Virus record (IMG/VR): IMGVR_UViG_3300044676_005314
Location: 7,807-71,806 of that record
Origin: a virus
Taxonomy: Duplodnaviria > Caudoviricetes
Length of the DNA: 64,000 nt
Strand: one strand, 5' to 3'
A program made the translations under genes and the position numbers. The notes under the pieces are model-generated. The model saw only the letters and a program-made list of their open reading frames with translations. It ran no database searches and was not told where the DNA came from. This document shows positions 7,347-14,111 of the stretch, piece after piece. How positions within the stretch are numbered: position 1 is the first letter of the stretch; each line of letters begins with the position of its first letter.

Positions 7347-7424
7347 ATTTATATTATGCCACAGGATAGATGAAATGTCAAATTTTAAAATAGTCGCAAA
7401 ACTACTTGCTAGAATATATATGTA

Positions 7425-7826
7425 ATGACAAAAGAAAATGGTAGGCCTTCAAAGCTAACAGCTGAAGTGATAGAGAACATTCAAAATTGGTTACGAATGG
7501 GTTTTTTCGTTGAAGATGCTGCTCGTATGGCTGGTATTCACAAATCAACCCTTTACCGTTGGTTAGAAAAAGGTAGAGAAGATAGAGATAACGAAATAGA
7601 GTCTTTATATGCTGACTTTTGCGACGCTATGGAGAAATCTAGAGCAGAAGCTGAGGGTATGTATCTCAATTCAATCAAGACTGCTGCAAGCCGTGGGCAA
7701 TGGCAAGCTGCTGCTTGGTGGCTAGAGAGAAGCTTTGATAAGTGGTCAAAACCAAACAAAGTTCAATTATCGGGTTCAGATGAAGAACCTGTCAAAATTA
7801 AGATTAAATACTCTGGCGACAAATAA
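7425..7826 (+). CDS. terS: terminase small subunit
   Basis: GRPSKLT...G.FVEDAARMAGIHKSTLYRWL.KG helix-turn-helix, then F.DAMEKSRAEAE and WQAAAWWLER. Confidence 0.75.
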   Translation: MTKENGRPSKLTAEVIENIQNWLRMGFFVEDAARMAGIHKSTLYRWLEKGREDRDNEIESLYADFCDAMEKSRAEAEGMYLNSIKTAASRGQWQAAAWWLERSFDKWSKPNKVQLSGSDEEPVKIKIKYSGDK

Positions 7827-7994
7827 TCGTAAAAATCTGGGTTCGCGCGCCGTTGGCCTAATGCGAGTTGCAATGTCAGATGTCATATCCTTTTTTTCAG
7901 AATCTAGAGTTTTAGTTTAGATTTATTTTGGGCAGGGGGTGTTCTGCACCTTTTGAAGCTGTGCCCTACTCTCTGTTGGTATGTATTTAATTGT

Positions 7995-8054
7995 AAAAAA
8001 AAGAAGTAGGAATTCGTTATCGCTAGTAAACGATTAATCCCCACTTCTTCTTAT
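7995..8054 (-). ncRNA. putative sRNA of about 55 nt (single long hairpin)
   Basis: TTGCTA(8089-8084)-17-TACTAT with TGG; hairpin arms 8048-8029 and 8018-8002, then T8. Confidence 0.5.
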
Positions 8055-8278
8055 ATATTAATAGTACCACATAAGTAGTTTTTTAGCAAGTCAAAAGTAA
8101 AAAATTTTTTTTGGCCCTTTGGGTGATATGAGTGACCTATTGCTTATTCCCAGCCGAGTTTCGCTGGCCTTTTCGGACACCCCAAAACAATTAAGCTTTA
8201 GGGTACATACCGACAGAAAGGAGGCTAATAATGAAATTAGCTTCTACTCCATTATACCACAAGATATAGTATGTGATG

Positions 8279-8463
8279 GTATATACCACTATATTTAGTA
8301 TGTTTTTTGACACCACTATATATTGTGTAGTTCAGTTTTGACACTACCGTAGTATGATTCTGACACTACTGTAGTATGAATTTGAGACTACCGTAGTACC
8401 GCTGATGACACTATAACTATACTAATATAACTAGACATATTAACTATAAGAATATAACTATTT
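8279..8463 (+). repeat. left copy of an inverted repeat of at least 185 bp (origin-like)
   Basis: reverse complement of 63815-64000, one-T indel in a homopolymer. Confidence 0.95.
8339..8463 (+). other. iteron array plus AT-rich tract, putative replication origin
   Basis: TGA(C/G)ACTAC(C/T)GTAGTA at 8339, 8361, 8383 (22-bp period, internal ACTAC-N-GTAGT palindrome), partial copies at 8308 and 8406, then four TAACTA repeats in AT-rich DNA. Confidence 0.6.
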
Positions 8464-8495
8464 GCATTCTAGTAAAGATTTGTTATACTGAAAGT

Positions 8496-8563
8496 ACTCA
8501 TTGCACCTCAATGACAGTGGTGGGAGAGATTTTCTCAATTTTCTCTCCCCACTACTTTTTTTT
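8496..8563 (+). ncRNA. putative sRNA of about 68 nt
   Basis: TTGCAT-16-TGT-TATACT(8484); TCATTG/CAATGA hairpin; 13-bp terminator 8517-8555 plus T8. Confidence 0.55.
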
Positions 8564-8573
8564 AAGTAATGAT

Positions 8574-8602
8574 TTGACTTTCCAAACAATGTGTGGCAAT
8601 AT
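8574..8602 (+). promoter_or_regulatory. sigma70-type promoter
   Basis: TTGACT-17-CAATAT with TGG. Confidence 0.8.
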
Positions 8603-8620
8603 AGATAATCGGAGGTAGTA

Positions 8621-9328
8621 ATGACAAATGAAGACAATATATACGAACTTCAACCAATACAAGCTAACTTAGATGATATTAAGTCACCTATAGAGCAAGT
8701 AAAGGAAGATGGTAACATAGGCCTAAATTGGGACCAATGGATAGAATGCGTTCAATTTATGGCCATAAGATACACAAGCGGTACAGATACACCTAGTTCT
8801 TGGGGAGAAGTAAAACTAAGAGCAATGTATCAAGACCTACAATACTTTACCTATGAAGATGTTCAAAAGGCAATAATAAGACTCCACGAAGAGGGAAGAA
8901 GTTTTGCCCCGAACAGTTCACAGATTATAGGAAAGTTAAATGCATTAAATTCCCAACAGGTTATGTCAGCGTCTCAAATAGAGAGGTTGTCTAAGGGTCA
9001 GTACAGCGAATGTAAAGGTGGTGCACAGCACGAATGGGCAGATTGGGGATGGTTCTTTGATGAACAAGGATATCCAATGTTCTTAGAGGTTTGCTGTTCT
9101 ACACTAGGACCTAATATGCCTACTTGTTTAGCAGAGCGAACGAAATCAAATCCAAGCGAAGCTAACAAAAGTATGCACCCGGGTTTTCATATGACTAGAG
9201 AAAAATTCATAGAGAGTATGAAGAAGCTCAAGTTGAGTGACAAGAAACAAGATGAACTATTGGAATACAGAAACAGGCTACTCACAGAAGAAGAAGTAGC
9301 AAAATTAGGAGTTACATATGATAAGTGA
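8621..9328 (+). CDS. putative replication-associated protein (helicase loader/inhibitor-like segment plus Cys/His region)
   Basis: MYQDLQYFTYEDVQKAIIRL.EEGRSFAPNSSQI resembles the G39P/DnaB-loader-type L...y..V..A......FaP motif; lies next to the iterons. Confidence 0.4.
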   Translation: MTNEDNIYELQPIQANLDDIKSPIEQVKEDGNIGLNWDQWIECVQFMAIRYTSGTDTPSSWGEVKLRAMYQDLQYFTYEDVQKAIIRLHEEGRSFAPNSSQIIGKLNALNSQQVMSASQIERLSKGQYSECKGGAQHEWADWGWFFDEQGYPMFLEVCCSTLGPNMPTCLAERTKSNPSEANKSMHPGFHMTREKFIESMKKLKLSDKKQDELLEYRNRLLTEEEVAKLGVTYDK

Positions 9329-9986
9329 TTTTATAGACAATAATGTAAATGAAGATAAGTCGGTACCGATGTTCTACGCTATGACTTTCTACAATGATTT
9401 GAGACAACAAATCTATGACAAGAATGCAATCTTTATATTAAAAGATAAATTAGATTGGCTTGGTTACAATGGAACAAAACAAGATATGGATGAAGACTTA
9501 TGTGTTTCAGCTGTATTTGCTTATGTTGAACTTTGTATGGCCGAGCTATTGTATGAAGGTATGAGAGACATCAAGAAGATGGATGACTTATACCAAGCTA
9601 CTTACATTAGAGACCATATTCAAAAAGGATTTAAGAAGTATAAGACTTATGGGAATTGGCCCGAAGATATGAAGAAAGATACGATAAGACATTCTTTATG
9701 GAATTATGAAGATGAAGTACTAGCTATGCAAAACAGTGTTAAAAATATTTTAGCAAGTGTTATGAGAGCAGTAGGAGTAATCAATAGAGAAAAAGATAAA
9801 GTTTCTATGAACCATATGCATATGATTTATGATGAACTTTCAGAGGAACTAAAAGAAATGCCTTTACCAAAACTTATGGAAGATGTAGAAGATGATGAAA
9901 AAACTTCTCTAGATTTGATTTCATCTAGTATGTTTTCAGATAACTATATTGAAAATGTGGTTGACTTTTGTTTTAACAAGGGTTAA
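9318..9986 (+). CDS. hypothetical alpha-helical protein
   Basis: AGGAG RBS, overlaps previous stop. Confidence 0.75.
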   Translation: MISDFIDNNVNEDKSVPMFYAMTFYNDLRQQIYDKNAIFILKDKLDWLGYNGTKQDMDEDLCVSAVFAYVELCMAELLYEGMRDIKKMDDLYQATYIRDHIQKGFKKYKTYGNWPEDMKKDTIRHSLWNYEDEVLAMQNSVKNILASVMRAVGVINREKDKVSMNHMHMIYDELSEELKEMPLPKLMEDVEDDEKTSLDLISSSMFSDNYIENVVDFCFNKG

Positions 9987-9995
9987 AATTATCTT

Positions 9996-10375
9996 GCGAT
10001 AATCTTATTACATAGTAGTAAGGTTATGCAGGACAGTGCGCCTGTGGAAAATGATTCGATGGGAAGGTATTGGTTTGGACACTTGTACTATTCATTTGGG
10101 AGCAATACCCAACACAGGCACTAGGGAATCGGAAATATAACTAAATTTGTTTATGTACGGATTTAAATACTAAATGTAGTGTATTAGTAAAAGTTATAAT
10201 TAGATTCCCTTATTTTTACCCTCACACATTATTTAGATAATGATGAATAAGTATTAGTTAGTGAGGTGAAACGGCGAGCAATTGAGAGGGTATAATGGAA
10301 ATGTCGGTGGATAACTAGCAATAGTTGTCCCTTTGCCGATACCCTCCCATCGTCGGCTCTCTTAGGAGAGCCGTA
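9996..10375 (+). ncRNA. putative large structured ncRNA (RNA-E, about 380 nt)
   Basis: TTGACT(9961)-17-TAAAAT; at least six helices, including GGATAACTA-GCAA-TAGTTGTCC and a terminal CGGCTCTC/GAGAGCCG. Confidence 0.6.
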
Positions 10376-10411
10376 TCTAAAATGACTTTACAAAATTTTT
10401 TTTACTTTGAC

Positions 10412-10440
10412 TTGACAAACTAAATATACTATGGCATACT
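10412..10440 (+). promoter_or_regulatory. sigma70-type promoter
   Basis: TTGACA-17-CATACT with TGG. Confidence 0.8.
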
Positions 10441-10474
10441 TAATATATAACGATTAGAAAGGTAGGTATAACCT

Positions 10475-10702
10475 ATGGATTACGATATTAAAGATAGAAT
10501 CATTTCAGAAACAATGTCTGAATATGAAGATATTGACATTAAAAGAACTACAAATGGATTATCTGTAGAAATCCATTTCTCTAGTGACGTAACTAAAGAT
10601 GAAGCAATTGCTTGGTTTGAAGATACTTTATCAAAAGTAGAAAGCCAAAGTTTTTTAAGAGCAAGTCTTGATTTATGGATTACCCCAAAGGAGGAAGTAT
10701 GA
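10475..10702 (+). CDS. hypothetical protein
   Basis: RBS, first gene of a coupled chain. Confidence 0.7.
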   Translation: MDYDIKDRIISETMSEYEDIDIKRTTNGLSVEIHFSSDVTKDEAIAWFEDTLSKVESQSFLRASLDLWITPKEEV

Positions 10703-10884
10703 GTCAAACAGTTTTTTGGAGTAACGAAGCTGAAGATGGTGAAGGCTATGGTGGAATGTTTGTTCGTTCTGACTTAGGTAAGACTTTCACTAAATGGACT
10801 GACAAAGGATTACAAATTGTTGGTATTGTTATTGACGACTCTAATGAAGTAGAGTTCATTCTTAGGGATAAAGAAGAAGAATGA
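10699..10884 (+). CDS. hypothetical protein (start revised to MSQTVF)
   Basis: AAGGAGG RBS, ATGA overlap. Confidence 0.7.
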   Translation: MSQTVFWSNEAEDGEGYGGMFVRSDLGKTFTKWTDKGLQIVGIVIDDSNEVEFILRDKEEE

Positions 10885-10979
10885 AAAAAGTCGAATACGA
10901 ATTTTGGTACGATGACCAAGGTAGAGTTGTAGGTAAAATACCTATTACTGATGTTGTCGGATTAGATGAGGAAGAATAA
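10881..10979 (+). CDS. 32-aa peptide
   Basis: ATGA overlap, hand translation MKKVEYEFWY...DEEE. Confidence 0.5.
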   Translation: MKKVEYEFWYDDQGRVVGKIPITDVVGLDEEE

Positions 10980-11125
10980 TGGGTGGAATATTATTATGCT
11001 CAAAGTGTGATAGCCGTTGGCATTCTCACGATGGTACAGGTTCTTATGTTAATGATGAACATTACTGTGAAAACTGTACTCAAGAGATAGAAGCTCATTG
11101 GTTATTAAAAAGTGAGGAAGAATGA
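10979..11125 (+). CDS. 48-aa zinc-finger-like peptide
   Basis: CSKC...CENC; TAATG overlap. Confidence 0.6.
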   Translation: MGGILLCSKCDSRWHSHDGTGSYVNDEHYCENCTQEIEAHWLLKSEEE

Positions 11126-11283
11126 AAAAACATACAGTATTCTTGTTAGGAAAGCTAACTTATCTAACAGATAGTGAAGATGAAGCTGTAGCTTTTGCAG
11201 AAAAAGATTTAAAATTTCTGCACCCTAAATACAATATGGAAGTTAGTGGATTAATAGCAATCGACAATATGGAGGAAGAATGA
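11122..11283 (+). CDS. 53-aa hypothetical protein
   Basis: ATGA overlap, GAGGA RBS. Confidence 0.6.
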   Translation: MKKHTVFLLGKLTYLTDSEDEAVAFAEKDLKFLHPKYNMEVSGLIAIDNMEEE

Positions 11284-11405
11284 AAGATAACCCTTTTGAT
11301 GGGCCTAGTATAAAAATAGGTTCTGATGAATTTAAAGAAATGATTATGCAAGTTATGATTAACAAACATAATGACGCAGACGAGGATTTCGATTTAAATG
11401 CGTAG
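11280..11405 (+). CDS. 41-aa hypothetical protein
   Basis: ATGA overlap, GGAGG RBS. Confidence 0.55.
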   Translation: MKDNPFDGPSIKIGSDEFKEMIMQVMINKHNDADEDFDLNA

Positions 11406-11488
11406 AAGATTTCGTAAAGAACAACACGAGAGAACTTATCAGATAAATTGGAATCATAGTTTGCCCGTTTATGGTGAAGGGAAAAAAG

Positions 11489-11587
11489 ATGAACCGACAT
11501 CAAAGACGAGCAAGTAAGTCTAAAAAGAAAACACAATATCGAGGTTTGAGTAAGAAACAAATTCTTACGCCCGATAGTTGGAGATAA
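11489..11587 (+). CDS. 32-aa basic peptide (MNRHQRRASKSKKK...)
   Basis: hand translation; MNRxQRR opening is common in small phage proteins. Confidence 0.45.
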   Translation: MNRHQRRASKSKKKTQYRGLSKKQILTPDSWR

Positions 11588-11596
11588 GGGGGAATA

Positions 11597-11983
11597 GTGA
11601 CTGAAGAAAATCACGATTTACATAAAGTAGGTATGGGTAAACTATACGAAAAATATATGATGGCTAAAAATCTATCAGATATGTTAGATGTAGCTTATTC
11701 ATATAACACTGAAACAAAAAGGAACGAAATAATTCTTATCATTAAAGATGGTGAAAGAACAATTCCTTTGGGCAACTTATGGTCTGCAGAAGACTTTGCG
11801 TTGCGTGACTATAAATTAAATGATTCATTGATTATGTCTAGAGTCTTTAAACAGTATGAATCTGTTGACGAAAGAAGTACTCTTGATGAATTCAATGACG
11901 AGTATCATCCTGTTGATAAAAACTATGATGATATTTGGACGTTTATCGATGGTGCTAGACAAGCATTAGACGATACAGAATAA
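11597..11983 (+). CDS. hypothetical protein
   Basis: GGGGG RBS before GTG. Confidence 0.7.
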   Translation: MTEENHDLHKVGMGKLYEKYMMAKNLSDMLDVAYSYNTETKRNEIILIIKDGERTIPLGNLWSAEDFALRDYKLNDSLIMSRVFKQYESVDERSTLDEFNDEYHPVDKNYDDIWTFIDGARQALDDTE

Positions 11984-12078
11984 ATACTTTCAGACTACCG
12001 GCAGAATACAAGTAATACCTACCTACTCATATACCGTTGGTAGTCTGTGAGTATCTATTCGTGAGAATGAATAACTAG

Positions 12079-12804
12079 TTGAAAGGTGCAGAAATGCCTA
12101 ATCAAAATAACAATAGAATAGATACTGAAGATAGTTATGGCTATAACTATCAAACAGACAAATGTGCTGTTCGTAAATGTAAGTGGGAATCTCACGATAC
12201 AAACAACGAAGGTGCCTTAGATTTAATAACACAAGGTGGTTATGGTGATTTTATGGATTACTATGACGAATCTCCTGTGTATTTTCGTCTCTGTCATAAA
12301 CACGCACATCAATTTTCAAGTTGGTTAAATAACACAAATGTCTTACCAAGACACAACGGACACGCCCACAATGGTAGTGAACCGGGTTTTTGGTATGGTC
12401 ATATTGGTTGGGACCAATACACTTGGTTGTCTTACCTAAATAACTTTTTCTATCATCTCCTTAAGGAGAACTTAAAGTTTGCAATAGGTGCTTTTAATAG
12501 ACAATTACGTCATCACATAACTTGGACAAAACAGAATATTAACGACAAAACTACTCCCGTTGTTAAGAAAAGATTTATCTTTAAACTGTTTTTCCTTGAT
12601 AAAGCTTATAAAGGTTTTGTTAACACAAAATTAAGACAAGCTAAAGTAATGTATCGTAATTGGATAAAGAAAACTTATCGTAATTATATCTCTCTAGATA
12701 GGGAAATATGGGAAAAAGTATTACAAGGTAAACTGTCTGACAAAGATTTAGAAATAATGGCTCATATCACTGATGCCAATAGGTCTAACTCTGAAGAAGA
12801 ATAA
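12079..12804 (+). CDS. hypothetical protein with Cys/His cluster (start possibly ATG 12094)
   Basis: CAVRKC...LCHKHAH...HNGHAHNG; long open frame. Confidence 0.7.
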   Translation: MKGAEMPNQNNNRIDTEDSYGYNYQTDKCAVRKCKWESHDTNNEGALDLITQGGYGDFMDYYDESPVYFRLCHKHAHQFSSWLNNTNVLPRHNGHAHNGSEPGFWYGHIGWDQYTWLSYLNNFFYHLLKENLKFAIGAFNRQLRHHITWTKQNINDKTTPVVKKRFIFKLFFLDKAYKGFVNTKLRQAKVMYRNWIKKTYRNYISLDREIWEKVLQGKLSDKDLEIMAHITDANRSNSEEE

Positions 12805-12808
12805 CTAA

Positions 12809-12831
12809 GCCCCCTAGAAATAGGGGGTTTT
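12809..12831 (+). terminator. intrinsic terminator
   Basis: GCCCCCTA-GAAA-TAGGGGGT plus T run. Confidence 0.75.
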
Positions 12832-12851
12832 CTTCGTTATATAATATAAGT

Positions 12852-14111
12852 ATGTCTAGAGATATACTTGAATCAGTAGCTTCAGAACAAGAACAAGTTT
12901 TTGACTTAGAATTTCCAGACCTTCACGAAGCTCAGCAAACGGTAAGAGATGACCCCGCACGTTGGAAAATACTTTGTGCAGGCCGTCGTTTCGGTAAATC
13001 ACGACTTGGAGTACAACTTTGTTTAGAAGAAGCACTCAAAGGTGGCCGTGTTTGGTGGGTAGCACCTACTTTCGCTATTGCTAGAGTTGGTTGGAGAGAT
13101 GTGGTAGCTGCAGCAAATGAGTTTCCAAAAGAAGCAGGCGTAGATGTACGCATTGGTGATATGGAAGTTAAATTTCCCGGCGGCGGTTCTATAGCAGTTA
13201 AATCTGCCGATAACCCTCAGCGTCTTAGAGGTGAAGGTTTGAACTATCTAGTTATGGATGAGGCCGCATTCGTTAGAGAAGAAACTTGGACAGAAGTATT
13301 AAGGCCTACACTTACAGAAAACAAAGGTTCTGCATTATTCATAAGCACCCCTATAGGAATGGACAATTGGTTTTTTCATTTATGGGAGAAAGCAGATAAA
13401 GCTGATGATTGGGCTAGATTTCAATTTCCTACAGTAGCTAATCCTATTATTGACCCTGCTGAAGTTGAATCAGCTAGAGAAGACTTAGGTGAATTAGTAT
13501 TCGCTCAAGAGTATCTTGCAGAGTTTATATCTGAAGGTGCTCAGATGTTTAGAAGTCATTGGTTTAACTATTACAAACTTGGTGTAGGAACACTTTGGTG
13601 TGAAGGTGAAAAATTTGACATAAATAATGATTTAGTAAAGTTTGCTACAGTAGACTTAGCAGCATCAACAAAAGAATCAGCTGACTACACAGTCATATCA
13701 GTATTTGGTTACCATATGCAATCAGACAGATTGTTTATGATTGATATGATTAGAGACAGACTTGAAGCACCCGACATTGTACCTCAAATAAAAAGAGCAA
13801 TAGGTATTCATAATCTTGAATGGGTTGGAATTGAAAAAACAGGATACCAATTAGCTATAGTTCAGTTTGCTAGAAGAGAAGGTCTCAGAATCAAAGAATT
13901 AAGGGCTGACAAAGACAAGCGTTCACGAGCACTTCCTTTGTCTGCTAAGATGGAAAGAGGACTTGTATATTTTCCTCAAAATGAGGAATGGGTAGGTGAA
14001 GTTGAGAGAGAGCTCTTAACTTTCCCTGTAGGTACTCACGATGATATCGTGGATACTCTTGCCTATGCTTGTCTTAGTAGCGGAACGAAAAGAAAATGGG
14101 AAGCATTTTAA
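12852..14111 (+). CDS. terL: terminase large subunit (leaderless)
   Basis: Walker A AGRRFGKS, Walker B LVMDEAAF, nuclease motifs VDLA..DYT and HDDIVDTLAY; TATAAT 6 nt before ATG. Confidence 0.97.
   Translation: MSRDILESVASEQEQVFDLEFPDLHEAQQTVRDDPARWKILCAGRRFGKSRLGVQLCLEEALKGGRVWWVAPTFAIARVGWRDVVAAANEFPKEAGVDVRIGDMEVKFPGGGSIAVKSADNPQRLRGEGLNYLVMDEAAFVREETWTEVLRPTLTENKGSALFISTPIGMDNWFFHLWEKADKADDWARFQFPTVANPIIDPAEVESAREDLGELVFAQEYLAEFISEGAQMFRSHWFNYYKLGVGTLWCEGEKFDINNDLVKFATVDLAASTKESADYTVISVFGYHMQSDRLFMIDMIRDRLEAPDIVPQIKRAIGIHNLEWVGIEKTGYQLAIVQFARREGLRIKELRADKDKRSRALPLSAKMERGLVYFPQNEEWVGEVERELLTFPVGTHDDIVDTLAYACLSSGTKRKWEAF

Noticed and set aside
7838-7851. GC-rich GGGTTCGCGCGCCG after terS as a cos site
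   Set aside because: Position is suggestive, but there is no adjacent HNH gene or flanking symmetry; it needs read-end data.
8308-8420. CRISPR-like or mini-array reading of the 22-bp repeats
   Set aside because: Intervening sequence is only 3-6 nt, so there are no spacers; the period fits iterons.
10036-10376. Group II intron (GTGCG at 10036, GAGAGCCGTAT at 10366)
   Set aside because: The sequence after GAGAGCCGTAT cannot form the domain V hairpin, there is no domain VI or RT ORF, and no gene is interrupted.
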